This document shows, piece by piece, positions 36,014 to 45,848 of a DNA stretch of 64,000 nucleotides; position 1 is the first letter of the stretch; each line of letters begins with the position of its first letter. Where the stretch lies: the NCBI GenBank assembly GCA_035699805.1, contig DASSPF010000133.1:9659-73658 (forward strand). Direction: 5' to 3'. This stretch comes from Candidatus Limnocylindria bacterium (lineage in GTDB: Bacteria; Chloroflexota; Limnocylindria; P2-11E). The notes beneath the pieces were generated by a model. The model did no database searches. It worked only from the letters and a program-made list of their open reading frames with translations, and was not told the DNA's origin. The position numbers and the translations under genes were made by a program.

Positions 36014-37821
36014 CCGGCGAGGCGGTCGCGGTCCTGCTTGGCGAGGATCTTCTTCCGGATCCGGTACGTCTTCGGCGTCACCTCGAGCAGCTCGTCGTCC
36101 GCGAGGAACTCGATGGCGTCGTCGAGCGAAAGGTCGCGCACGCCGTCCAGGCGCACCGCGATGTCCGAGTTGCTGCTGCGCATGTTGGTGAGGTGCTTGC
36201 GGCGCACCACGTTGACCTCGAGGTCGCGGTCGCGGATGTGCTCCCCCACCACCATGCCCTCGTAGACCTCGACGCCCGGCCCGATGAACAGCTGCCCGCG
36301 CTCCTGCGCCTGCGCGAGCCCGAACGTCGTCGTCGTCCCGTCTTCCCACGCGATGAGCGACCCAAAGGTGCGTGAGTCGATGTCGCCCGCGTAGGGACCG
36401 TACCCGGCGAAGAGCGTGTTCATCACGCCCTGCCCACGTGTGCTCGTCAGGAATGCCTGCCGGAAGCCGAGCAGACCGCGGGTCGGGATGCGATATACGC
36501 AATGCGCCGAGCCGTCGTCGCGGTACTTCATGTCCATGAGCTCGCCGCGGCGCTTGCCGGCGAGCTCGACCACGGCTCCCAGACCCTCCTGCGAGACCTC
36601 CACCTCGAGCTGCTCGTAGGGCTCCTGCCGGACGCCCCCCTCCACCTTCTCGATGACCTCGGGCCGCGAGACCTGTAGCTCGTACCCCTCACGCCTGAGG
36701 TTCTCGATGAGGATCGCCAGATGCAGCTCGCCGCGGCCGCTCACGGTGAACGTGTCGGGGCTGTCGGTGTCGGCGACGCGCAGCGCGACGTCGCGCTCCA
36801 GCTCGGCGTAGAGGCGCTCGCGCAGCTTGCGGCTGGTGACGTGCTGCCCCTCCCGTCCCGCGAATGGGCTGGTGTTGACGGCGAACGTCATCCGCAGCGT
36901 CGGCTCCTCCACTCGGATCGGCGGCAGCGGCCGCGGATCGTTCGCATCGGCGATGGTGTCGCCGATCGCGATGTCGGGGACACCGGCCACGGCGACGATG
37001 TCGCCGGCCCGGACCTCCTCCACGGCCTCGCGCGCGAGGCCCTGGAACGTGAAGAGGTCGGTCACCTTGCCCCGGCTGATCGCGCCCTGGTGATCGATAC
37101 GCGCCACCGGCTGGCCCCGCCGCAGCATGCCGCCCTGCAGCCGGCCGATCGCGATGCGGCCCTTGTAGTCGTCGTAGCTCGTCGTCGTCACGAGCATCTG
37201 CGTGAGCGCGGCCTCGTCCACGTCGGGCGGCGGGATCTCGCTGACGATCGCCTCGAAGAGCGGCTCGAGCGAGGGCGTGATGTGCCGCGGGTCGGTCCCG
37301 GCCGATCCGGTGATCGCATTGGTGTAGACCGTCTCGTACTCGGCCTGTTCGTTCGTCGCCCCGAGGTCAAGGAACAGGTCGAAGGTCTCGTTCAGGACGT
37401 GGTTCGGCCGCGCCTGCGGGCGGTCGATCTTGTTGATGACGACGATGGCGCGATGCCCACGCCTGAGCGCCTGGCGCAGCACGAACTTCGTCTGCGGCAT
37501 GGGCCCATCCACGGCATCGACCAGGAGCAGCACCCCATCGACCATGTTCATGACCCGCTCGACCTCGCCGCCGAAGTCGGCGTGGCCGGGCGTGTCGACG
37601 ATGTTGATCTTGATGCCCTTGTAGATGATCGCGGTGTTCTTGGCCATGATGGTGATGCCGCGCTCGCGCTCGAGCGCGTTCGAGTCCATGACGCGCTCGG
37701 CGACCTGCTGGTTGTCGCGGAAGATGTGGCTCTGCCGCAGCATCCCGTCCACGAGCGTCGTCTTGCCGTGATCGACGTGGGCGATGATCGCGATGTTGCG
37801 GATGTCCTGACGTGGCGCCAC
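35980..37821 (-). CDS. typA: Translational GTPase TypA/BipA
   Basis: 613 aa ([32 protein letters not shown]). Confidence 0.9.
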   Translation of the reverse strand: MAPRQDIRNIAIIAHVDHGKTTLVDGMLRQSHIFRDNQQVAERVMDSNALERERGITIMAKNTAIIYKGIKINIVDTPGHADFGGEVERVMNMVDGVLLLVDAVDGPMPQTKFVLRQALRRGHRAIVVINKIDRPQARPNHVLNETFDLFLDLGATNEQAEYETVYTNAITGSAGTDPRHITPSLEPLFEAIVSEIPPPDVDEAALTQMLVTTTSYDDYKGRIAIGRLQGGMLRRGQPVARIDHQGAISRGKVTDLFTFQGLAREAVEEVRAGDIVAVAGVPDIAIGDTIADANDPRPLPPIRVEEPTLRMTFAVNTSPFAGREGQHVTSRKLRERLYAELERDVALRVADTDSPDTFTVSGRGELHLAILIENLRREGYELQVSRPEVIEKVEGGVRQEPYEQLEVEVSQEGLGAVVELAGKRRGELMDMKYRDDGSAHCVYRIPTRGLLGFRQAFLTSTRGQGVMNTLFAGYGPYAGDIDSRTFGSLIAWEDGTTTTFGLAQAQERGQLFIGPGVEVYEGMVVGEHIRDRDLEVNVVRRKHLTNMRSSNSDIAVRLDGVRDLSLDDAIEFLADDELLEVTPKTYRIRKKILAKQDRDRLAGQRKKAAGVEA

Positions 37822-37851
37822 TAGCTCGCCCTCCCCCCGCGCTTCGCCAAC

Positions 37852-40080
37852 CTATCGCCCGTCCCGGTGCACGCTGAACACGTCGCGGATGCCTTCGAGG
37901 CGCGCCAGCACGCGCGAGAGCTGCTCCACGCTGGTGACCTGGAGCGTCGCGTTGACGGTCGCGGTCTTGTCGGGGTTGGCGGCCGCGGACAGCGCGACGA
38001 GCTGGACCTGGTTCTCGCTGATCACCGCCGCCACGTCGCGGAGGAAGCCGTCGCGATCCCACCCCTCGATGCGTATCGCGACCGGGTAGGTGCGCGTCGT
38101 GCTCTGCTCCCACTCCACCTCGACCAGCCGCTCCTTCTCGCCGCTGCCAGCGACGTTCGCGCAGTCGCCGCGATGCACCGTCACGCCACGACCGCGCGTG
38201 ATGTAGCCCAGGATCTGATCGCCCGGCACCGGGTTGCAGCAGACCGCGAAGCGCACGAGCAGGTCCCCCACGCCCTTCACCCGCACGCCGCCGCGCGAGG
38301 AGGTCGGCGGCAGTGCCGGCGCGATCTCGGGAAGCTGCTGCTGGGCATCGTCCACGATCCCGAGGCGCGTGACGACCTGGGCCGCGGTCACCGCACCGTA
38401 GCCGAGCGAGGCGAAGAGCGTCTCGACGTCGTGCATGTTCATCGCCTCGGTCACGCGGCGCAGGTCCGCATCGGTGATGTCGCCGAGCGAGCGCTGCGCG
38501 AGGCGCTTCAGCTCGCGGTCCAGGAGCTCCTTGCCGTGCGCGACGTTCTCGTCCCGCTGCGAGCGCTTGAACCACTGCCGGATCTTCTCGCGCGCGCCCG
38601 GCGTCCGGACCATGCCAAGCCAGTCGCGGGACGGACCGCGCGCGGCCTTGCTGGTGACGATCTCCACGATGTCCCCGGACTGGAGCCGGTGGTCGAGCGG
38701 AACGATCCGGCCGTTCACCTTCGCGCCGATCGTGCGATGCCCGACGTCGGTGTGGATGCGGTAGGCGAAGTCGATCGGAGTCGAGCCGGCCGGGAGCGCC
38801 TTCACCTCGCCCTTCGGGGTGAACACGAAGACCTCGTCCTGGAACACGTCCACCTTGAGCGATTCGACGAACTCCTGCGCGTCGGCGACGTCGTGCTGCC
38901 ATTCCAGCAGCTGCCGCACCCAGGCGAGCTTGGACTCGTAGCTCTTGTCGCCCTTGCCGCCCTCCTTGTACCGCCAGTGCGCGGCGATGCCGTACTCCGC
39001 GAGCGCGTGCATCTCGGTCGTGCGCACCTGGATCTCCAGCGGCTGGCCGCCCGGACCCATCACCGCCGTATGCAGCGACTGGTAGAGGTTCGCCTTCGGC
39101 ACGGCGATGTAGTCGTCGAACTGCCCCGGCACCGGCGGCCACAGGGTGTGCACCACGCCGAGCGCCGCGTAGCACGAGGGGACATCGTCGACGATGACGC
39201 GTATCGCGAGCAGGTCGTAGACCTCGTTGAAGCCCACGTCCTTCCGTCGCATCTTCTGCGCTATCGACCAGAGGTGCTTCGCGCGGCCGGAGAGCTCCGC
39301 GCGGATGCCGGCCTTCTCCAGCTCGCTCGCGAGCGTCTTCATGGCCTGGTCGATGTGGCGCTCGCGTACCTGGCGCCGCTCCGCGAGCTGCTCGGCGAGC
39401 TCCTTGTAGCGCTCCGGCTCGAGGTACTTGAACGCGAGATCTTCGAGCTCCCACTTCATCTGCCAGATGCCCAGACGGTGAGCCAGCGGCGCGTAGATCT
39501 CCATCGTCTGCTGCGCGATCCGGCGCTGCTTCTCGACCGGGAGCGGCGACAGGGTGCGCATGTTGTGCAGCCGGTCCGCGAGCTTGATGACCACCACGCG
39601 CAGGTCGTCGGCCATCGCGAGGAACATCTTTCGGATGTTCTCGGCCTGGTGCATGTCGCGCGACTGGCCCTGGAGCCGGCCGAGCTTGGTCACCCCCTCC
39701 ACCAGCCGCCCGATCTCGTCGCCGAACTGCTGGCGGATGTCGTCTGCGGTCCGCGCGGTGTCCTCGGGTACGTCGTGGAGCAGGGCGGCGGCCACCGTGG
39801 CAGGGTCCATCCCCAGCTCGGCGATGAGCATGGCGACCGCGGCTGGGTGCGTCATGTACGGCTCACCGGAGACGCGGCGCTGCGGCTCATGCGCCTCCGC
39901 CGCGTACGCGTAGGCGCGACGCACCAGCTCGGTGTCACCGTCGGGGTAGTGCCGCAGCAGCTCCTTCACCACGGTGTCCGCATCCACATGCGCGTGCCGT
40001 GGCCGGAACCGTTCGGTGATCCCGACGATGCGGGCGGTGATGGGATTGGCGCGCGGCGCCGTCGTCCGTTCCACTCTCAT
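37852..40080 (-). CDS. relA: Bifunctional (p)ppGpp synthetase/hydrolase RelA/SpoT
   Basis: HD hydrolase (LLHDVPEDT), synthetase domain, TGS and ACT. The start is trimmed to MRVERTTAPR. ATGA overlap with recJ. Confidence 0.85.
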   Translation of the reverse strand: MRVERTTAPRANPITARIVGITERFRPRHAHVDADTVVKELLRHYPDGDTELVRRAYAYAAEAHEPQRRVSGEPYMTHPAAVAMLIAELGMDPATVAAALLHDVPEDTARTADDIRQQFGDEIGRLVEGVTKLGRLQGQSRDMHQAENIRKMFLAMADDLRVVVIKLADRLHNMRTLSPLPVEKQRRIAQQTMEIYAPLAHRLGIWQMKWELEDLAFKYLEPERYKELAEQLAERRQVRERHIDQAMKTLASELEKAGIRAELSGRAKHLWSIAQKMRRKDVGFNEVYDLLAIRVIVDDVPSCYAALGVVHTLWPPVPGQFDDYIAVPKANLYQSLHTAVMGPGGQPLEIQVRTTEMHALAEYGIAAHWRYKEGGKGDKSYESKLAWVRQLLEWQHDVADAQEFVESLKVDVFQDEVFVFTPKGEVKALPAGSTPIDFAYRIHTDVGHRTIGAKVNGRIVPLDHRLQSGDIVEIVTSKAARGPSRDWLGMVRTPGAREKIRQWFKRSQRDENVAHGKELLDRELKRLAQRSLGDITDADLRRVTEAMNMHDVETLFASLGYGAVTAAQVVTRLGIVDDAQQQLPEIAPALPPTSSRGGVRVKGVGDLLVRFAVCCNPVPGDQILGYITRGRGVTVHRGDCANVAGSGEKERLVEVEWEQSTTRTYPVAIRIEGWDRDGFLRDVAAVISENQVQLVALSAAANPDKTATVNATLQVTSVEQLSRVLARLEGIRDVFSVHRDGR

Positions 40081-41783
40081 ACGGCCGCCGCTTCCAGCCG
40101 CATGCGGTCGGCGGTACCCACGGGTCCGAAGTCGCGGAGCTCGAGCTCGACGAACCCTCGAAGACCCGTCCCGATCGTGACCACCGCGTCCACGTGCCCC
40201 GCGTCGGTCATGTCCCCCGCATGATCGCCGCGGCGGAAGGCCATCGCGTCGAACGTGAACCGCCCGAGCGTGATCTTGCACCGCAGGTGGTCGGCATCGG
40301 CCCCGACCTGGCGGATGCCGTACACCCGGACGTTCCGCAGCAGGAAGTGCGGCCGCGGATTCCCCGCCCCGCACGGCTCCAGGTCGGCGAGCTCCAGCGC
40401 GAGCCGGGCGGTCACCGCCTCCGGTTCGATCTCAGCGTCGACGCGCAGCGTCGGCACGGGCCGCACGCCACCGAGTCGTCGCCGCACGACCTCGTCGAGC
40501 CGCTCGGTGAACGCTGGGATGAGGTCGCGGGCGACCGAGAATCCGGCCGCCATGGCATGTCCACCGTGCTTGATGAGCAGGTCCCCACACTCACCGAGCG
40601 CCTCCGCGATGTGCACCGACGAGATCGAGCGGCACGAGCCTTTGCCTTCGTCACCGCTCATGGCGATGACCACGGCGGGGCGGCCGTGATCCTCCACCAG
40701 CCGTGAGGCGGCCAGGCCCACGATGCCCGCCGGCCACTCCGGATCGGCGACCACCGTCGCCCAGGCGTCCGGACGCTCCGCCGCGCGCTCCCGCGCCGCC
40801 TTCACCACCTGGCGGGTGAGCTCCTGGCGCTCGCTGTTCCGCTGTTCGAGGCGGTCCGCAAGCCCCTTGGCCTCCTCGGCGTCCTCCGTGAGCAGGAGGC
40901 GCAGCGCCTCCTCGGCGTCGGCGATCCGGCCCGCGGCATTGAGGCGCGGTCCGAGCACGTACCCGATGTCGCCCGCATCGACCTGACCGAGCTTCAGTCC
41001 CGCGCGCTCGACCAGTGCGCGCACGCCGACGAGCGGCGCGCGGTTGAGCGCGGCCAGGCCGCGGCGGACGAGCGCCCGGTTCGCGCCCTGGAGCGGCACG
41101 ACGTCCGCCACCGTGGCGAGCGCGACGAGCTGCAGCAGCTCATCCTCGCGCAGGGCGTAGCCGAGCTCGCCGAGGAGCGCGCGCGCCAGCACATGCGCGA
41201 CCCCGGCGCCGGACAGATCCTTGTCCAGGGACGGATCGCCCGGTCGCCGCGGATTCACCACCGCGTGGGCATTCGGCAGCTCGGCCGGCGGATGGTGATG
41301 ATCGGTGACGATCAGGTCGACCCCGAGCTCGCGCGCGAGCTCCGCTTCGCGGACCGCGGTCACGCCGCAGTCGACGGAGACGATGACCGTCGCCCCGTCG
41401 CCGGCGAGCTTGCGGATGGCCATGCCGTTGAGGCCGTACCCCTCCTCGTAGCGGTCGGGGATGTAGGCGGCCACCGCCACCCCGAGCTGACGGAAGGCGC
41501 GCACGAGAATGGCCGCGCCGGCGATGCCGTCGACGTCGTAGTCGCCATAGACGACGATGCGCTCGCGGGCGGCGAGCGCACGACGGAGTCGAGCGAGCGA
41601 CCGATCCAGATCGATCATCGGCGGCCCGCCCTCGAGCGCCCGCGCGGCGAGGAACTCGGCCATCTCGGCCGGCGCGTGGCCACGCGCCGCGAGGATGCGC
41701 GCCACCAGGGGCGCGATACCCGCGGGCGCCAGGACCGCGCGCTGTTCTGGGAGCAGCCAGCGCCGCTGCGGTGTCAGGGCCAT
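40077..41783 (-). CDS. recJ: Single-stranded-DNA-specific exonuclease RecJ
   Basis: DHH motifs (VYGDYDVDGI, DHH) and DHHA1. The start is trimmed to MALTPQRRWLL. Confidence 0.8.
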   Translation of the reverse strand: MALTPQRRWLLPEQRAVLAPAGIAPLVARILAARGHAPAEMAEFLAARALEGGPPMIDLDRSLARLRRALAARERIVVYGDYDVDGIAGAAILVRAFRQLGVAVAAYIPDRYEEGYGLNGMAIRKLAGDGATVIVSVDCGVTAVREAELARELGVDLIVTDHHHPPAELPNAHAVVNPRRPGDPSLDKDLSGAGVAHVLARALLGELGYALREDELLQLVALATVADVVPLQGANRALVRRGLAALNRAPLVGVRALVERAGLKLGQVDAGDIGYVLGPRLNAAGRIADAEEALRLLLTEDAEEAKGLADRLEQRNSERQELTRQVVKAARERAAERPDAWATVVADPEWPAGIVGLAASRLVEDHGRPAVVIAMSGDEGKGSCRSISSVHIAEALGECGDLLIKHGGHAMAAGFSVARDLIPAFTERLDEVVRRRLGGVRPVPTLRVDAEIEPEAVTARLALELADLEPCGAGNPRPHFLLRNVRVYGIRQVGADADHLRCKITLGRFTFDAMAFRRGDHAGDMTDAGHVDAVVTIGTGLRGFVELELRDFGPVGTADRMRLEAAAV

Positions 41784-41797
41784 CGTGTGGTCCAGTC

Positions 41798-41836
41798 TCG
41801 CATGCGACGAGGCCGGCCCGTGATTGGCCGACCTCG
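41798..41836. promoter_or_regulatory. Perfect 10-nt palindrome TCGCATGCGA plus an adjacent 11-bp imperfect inverted repeat, between ftsH and recJ
   Basis: Seen directly, 14-40 nt upstream of the recJ start. A candidate operator and/or ftsH terminator stem. Confidence 0.3.
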
Positions 41837-41856
41837 CGATACGTGCGGGTGCGCGG

Positions 41857-43752
41857 CTAAGGGATCGTCTTCGTCGCGCCCTGCCCGGCGGCCGCCGCGG
41901 CGGCGATGGCGAGCGGGGCGGCTTGATCGCTCCGCTCACCCCACTCCTCGTTGATCTTCGGCAGGACCACCGGCTTTCGCTCGAAGGGCTTGGCGGCCTC
42001 GGGGTTGGAGAGGTCGGCCGCGTCGAAGATCTCCTCGAGCTCCTGCCCGATGAGCTCACCCTTCTGCATGAGCGCGCCGGCCACGGCGTGGACGGCGTAC
42101 TCCTTCTCGCGCATGAGGCGCTTGGTCTCTTCGAACAGCTCGTCGAGCAGGCGGTCGGCCAGGCGCAGGACCGGGCCGGGTGGCGTCATCACGCCGCTCG
42201 CCGGCACGGCGAGGAGCGTCGGACCCATACCGAGCTGTCCGATGTACTGCATCGCCAGATACGTCGCGGTCTGGAGATCCGAGCCGGCGCCGGACATCCG
42301 CGTCTGAAGGATGACCTCCTCGACGGCGCGGGAGCCGAGCGACACCATGATGTCGGTCTCGATCTCACGGGCATGGCGCGTGTAGCGCTCTTCGCGCGAG
42401 CTGCGCTGCACCACGCCGAGCGCATCGCCCATCCGGATGATGGACGCCTTCTGGAGACGATTCTCCTGCTGGAGGTAGCGGGCCGCGACGGCGTGGCCGG
42501 CCTCGTGGTACGCGATGGCGCGGCGATCGGCCGCGGACATCGTTTGGATGGGCTGCTTGATCCCGAGCTGGCGCGAGTCGCGTGCCTGGAGCCAGTCGCG
42601 GTAGTTCAGCGCGTCGCGCCCAGCGTCGTGCGCGATCACGAGCGCCTCGTTGATGATCGTCTTGATCTCGATGGGCGTCCAACCGATCGAGTCCTGCACC
42701 ATCATGTCGACGGGGATCGCTGGATCGTGCGACTTCTGCCGCAGGTAGAACTGGATGATGTCCCTTCGACCGTCGCCGTCGGGCGCGTAGATGTTGAGAC
42801 GACGGTCGAGGCGTCCTGGACGGACCAGGGCCGGATCGAGGACGTCGGGGCGGTTCGTCGCTCCGATCACGAAGACGATCGGCTTCTGGCCGACGGGGCC
42901 GCGGATGAGGCCGAGCCAGCGCCCGATGCGCCGGCTGAGGCGGTCCTCGACGTGCTGCCCGAGGGAGTCCATCTGATTGAGCATGGTGTTCAGCGCGAAG
43001 CCGCGGCCGCCCATCATGCCCATCGGGCCCATCGCGCCCTGCTGCTGGCCGCCCTGCACGCCGCCGCGCGACATGCCGACGGAATCGAGCTCGTCCAGGA
43101 ACATGATGCAGACGCCGGGGCTGCCCGGGGTCGCGTACTTGCGCGCGAGACCACGCGCCTTGCGGAACAGCGAGATGACGATGAGCGCGTCCATACCGAA
43201 CCACATGCTCGTGAGGCTGGACGCATCGACGTAGATGAAGGGCAGGCCGGCTTCGGCGGCGACGACGCCCGCCAGGAACGTCTTGCCGGTGCCGGGGGGA
43301 CCGGCGAGGAGCATGCCCTTCGGCATCTCGCCGCCGGCCTTCTGGAAGCGCTCGACGCCCTTGAGGATCCGCACCAGGCTCTTGGCGTGATCGAGCAGAT
43401 CGGGCTGACCCCGGTAGTTCTCGAATGACAGGCCGATCTGCGGGCTGTCCGGCGTCACCGTGTAGGTGCGCGGCCGCGAGAGGAACCACATGAGCACGCC
43501 GAACTGCATGATCATCGCGAAGGCGTAGAAGAGGAGCAGGACGAGCATCTGCGGCGCGTTCGAGATGAGGCCGAGGAGGCCCTCGAAGATGCCGCGGATG
43601 CCGTACAGGAAGAGGGCGATCCCGAAGATGACCGCGAGGATGATCAGGCGCCGGAGGTTGTGCTCGAGCACGTAGGCGGTCGTCATCAGGAAGGATTGCG
43701 CGCGCGTGGGCGGGGTCGGCGCCCCAGCGGGTTGCACAGAGGTCTGCTGCAT
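41857..43752 (-). CDS. ftsH: FtsH-like AAA+ zinc metalloprotease (atypical: two closely spaced TM helices, no periplasmic domain)
   Basis: Walker A GPPGTGKT, second region of homology, HEAGHAV zinc motif and a long C-terminal extension. Only about 20 aa separate the two N-terminal TM segments. Confidence 0.8.
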   Translation of the reverse strand: MQQTSVQPAGAPTPPTRAQSFLMTTAYVLEHNLRRLIILAVIFGIALFLYGIRGIFEGLLGLISNAPQMLVLLLFYAFAMIMQFGVLMWFLSRPRTYTVTPDSPQIGLSFENYRGQPDLLDHAKSLVRILKGVERFQKAGGEMPKGMLLAGPPGTGKTFLAGVVAAEAGLPFIYVDASSLTSMWFGMDALIVISLFRKARGLARKYATPGSPGVCIMFLDELDSVGMSRGGVQGGQQQGAMGPMGMMGGRGFALNTMLNQMDSLGQHVEDRLSRRIGRWLGLIRGPVGQKPIVFVIGATNRPDVLDPALVRPGRLDRRLNIYAPDGDGRRDIIQFYLRQKSHDPAIPVDMMVQDSIGWTPIEIKTIINEALVIAHDAGRDALNYRDWLQARDSRQLGIKQPIQTMSAADRRAIAYHEAGHAVAARYLQQENRLQKASIIRMGDALGVVQRSSREERYTRHAREIETDIMVSLGSRAVEEVILQTRMSGAGSDLQTATYLAMQYIGQLGMGPTLLAVPASGVMTPPGPVLRLADRLLDELFEETKRLMREKEYAVHAVAGALMQKGELIGQELEEIFDAADLSNPEAAKPFERKPVVLPKINEEWGERSDQAAPLAIAAAAAAGQGATKTIP

Positions 43753-44168
43753 CAGTTCACACCTACGATCTCGCCATTTTCGACACCGAATACGAATCCC
43801 ACGATCGCGTCGCTCCCCTGCGAGTCCTTCCCCGTGACGACATAGCCGGCGAGGACACGACCCTCCTTCTCGGTCGCTCCCACGAAGCGAACGCTGCGGA
43901 TGTCGGCCATCGCCGTGCCCGCCGGGCTCATGAGCGCCTCGCGCAGGGCGCCCAGCGTGTCCGTGTCGAGCAGACGCGCGAGCGTCTTCGCGTCGTTGTT
44001 CACCAGCGCGGACGCGACCTCCGCCGACGCCGGCGGCTCCGCGACCCGCTCGAGGCTCGGATACGGATTGGCCCGGGCGCCCGTGTCGGTGACCCGCTGG
44101 AGGACGACCCCGCCCACGATGCCTCCCAGGAAGAGCGCCAGGACGACCGCGGCGCGAGCCTCGTTCAT
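43752..44168 (-). CDS. Small membrane-anchored protein (N-terminal TM plus about 110 aa alpha/beta domain), paralog of the next gene
   Basis: 138 aa. Its start overlaps the upstream stop and its stop abuts the ftsH start. The C-terminal strands resemble the neighbour (DSQGSDAIVGFVFG vs DGSQQLFPLALTLLG). Confidence 0.5.
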   Translation of the reverse strand: MNEARAAVVLALFLGGIVGGVVLQRVTDTGARANPYPSLERVAEPPASAEVASALVNNDAKTLARLLDTDTLGALREALMSPAGTAMADIRSVRFVGATEKEGRVLAGYVVTGKDSQGSDAIVGFVFGVENGEIVGVN

Positions 44169-44596
44169 CGCGTGGTGACCACCTTGCCGCCGAGCAGCGT
44201 CAGCGCGAGCGGGAACAGCTGCTGGCTGCCGTCATTCGTGCGCACTTCCACGGCGTAGATCTGGACGCTGAAGCTGCCCTGCGAGGCGCCGCCGAGGTAC
44301 GTGAGCGATACCGGCTTGGCGGACTGTTGGCTCTGCTGGGCCGCGTGCTCCGAGAGCGCCTGCGACACCACGTCCTGCTGGGGGCGGAGCCGGTTGATGT
44401 TGTCCGCCTCGCGCTGGAGCAGGGCGATCATGTAGTTGCGCGCCTGGGCCGACTCGCCCGACGTCGCGAACCAGCCACGGTCGCTGATGACCGCGCTCAC
44501 CGAGGCGGAGAGCATGTATCCGACGACCGCACCCACCAGGATCATCCCGAGCCCGGTGCGGATGCCGCGCGGCAGCCAGCCGAAGAGCTTCCCCAC
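44165..44596 (-). CDS. Small membrane-anchored protein (N-terminal TM plus about 110 aa domain)
   Basis: 143 aa (MGKLFGWLPRGIRTGLGMILVGAVVGYML...). First gene of the ftsH-like operon. Confidence 0.5.
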   Translation of the reverse strand: MGKLFGWLPRGIRTGLGMILVGAVVGYMLSASVSAVISDRGWFATSGESAQARNYMIALLQREADNINRLRPQQDVVSQALSEHAAQQSQQSAKPVSLTYLGGASQGSFSVQIYAVEVRTNDGSQQLFPLALTLLGGKVVTTR

Positions 44597-44630
44597 GTGT
44601 GAAGTCTATGTGCCGAATGGCAGAAAAGGT

Positions 44631-45779
44631 TCAGCCGGCGCTGCGCAGGACCTCCACCGCGAAGCCCAACAGACCCGCGAGCTCGCGGACCCAGAAGTCC
44701 GCTCCCTGCTGGCGGGCTTCGGGTCCGAGCGCGGCCGCATGCGAGAGGAGCCTGGTCAGCTGCAGCCGCGTCGCGGCCGGACGCGGCGCCACGGCGGCGG
44801 TCTCGGCCTCGCTCACCGGCTCGAAGCGATCCCCCTCGTCGTGCAGCCAGTACACCGGCACCCGCACGTCGGCCCAGCGCGTCCGCGGCGAGAGCGTCGA
44901 GAAGGTGTCGCGGAGCCCGGTCGGCAGGGCCGCGAGCCGGGCGAGGGCGCGCTCGTAGTCGGTCTCCGCGAGCGCTGCCCAGAGCGCGCGCGCCTCGAGA
45001 CCGAGGGTCGCGGGCGCCTCGACGGCGAGCGGGCCGCCGCTGGAGCGGATCGCGTCGCCGACCGCGCGTCGATCGGCCTCGTCGGCGAGCGCCATCGCGG
45101 CACCCAGCGGAAGCTTCAGCCTGGCCTCGGGGTCCGGTGTCCACGGCTCGAGCGCGCCGTGGCGCCGCTGCGTGCCGGTGACGACGCTGGCGAGGTACGT
45201 GTCGATGTCGAAGTACGCCCCCAGAGCGCCGAGGTAGCGGGCACCCGCGAGCGCGGAGTCCGACCGCCCCGCTGCCGCGAAGAGGATCCCTCCGCCGACC
45301 GAGAAGCCGAACGCCCCGCTCCGGTCCGGATCGGCGTCGCCGCGCTGGAGCATCGTCGCGAACGCGGCGTCCACCTGGGCCGGCGCCGCGCGCTCGAGCC
45401 GGGCCTCCTTCAGGAATCCGAGCTCGGGGAGCATCACCAGATACCCCGCGCGCGCCAACGCGTCGCAGATGCGCCGCGTCTCAGCATCGTCGTTGCCGAG
45501 CGGCGTCGCGCCGTTCACGATCAGCATCGCCGGATGACGCTCCCCCGCGCCCGGCGCGAACCACGTGACACGCGACCTCACGCCCGCAAGGTCCACCGAG
45601 CTCTCGCTCACGCGCGGTTCCGGCGTCACCGCCGCCACCGCGTTCGATCCGGAGAGCGCGGATGAGTACACCGAGACGAGCACCACGCCGCCGCGCGCCA
45701 CCGGGCCGAGCAGCAGTGGCCACCACACCACGATGGCGACGAGGGACAGCGCGATGAGCAGGAGACCCGGTCGCCGCAC
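44631..45779 (-). CDS. Membrane-anchored alpha/beta hydrolase (dienelactone-hydrolase-like)
   Basis: N-terminal TM (LLLIALSLVAIVVWW) and a GFSVGG nucleophile elbow. Confidence 0.55.
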   Translation of the reverse strand: MRRPGLLLIALSLVAIVVWWPLLLGPVARGGVVLVSVYSSALSGSNAVAAVTPEPRVSESSVDLAGVRSRVTWFAPGAGERHPAMLIVNGATPLGNDDAETRRICDALARAGYLVMLPELGFLKEARLERAAPAQVDAAFATMLQRGDADPDRSGAFGFSVGGGILFAAAGRSDSALAGARYLGALGAYFDIDTYLASVVTGTQRRHGALEPWTPDPEARLKLPLGAAMALADEADRRAVGDAIRSSGGPLAVEAPATLGLEARALWAALAETDYERALARLAALPTGLRDTFSTLSPRTRWADVRVPVYWLHDEGDRFEPVSEAETAAVAPRPAATRLQLTRLLSHAAALGPEARQQGADFWVRELAGLLGFAVEVLRSAG

Positions 45780-45819
45780 GCGACGACGATAGTGGGGCGC
45801 GCCTCCGCTGGGATCCGGC

Positions 45820-45845
45820 GGACCCTCAGCTGAAGCGGAGGGTCC
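45820..45845 (-). terminator. Perfect 8-bp hairpin (GGACCCTC / GAGGGTCC) just downstream of secF, with no U-tract
   Basis: Seen in sequence. A weak terminator candidate. Confidence 0.3.
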
Positions 45846-45848
45846 TGT

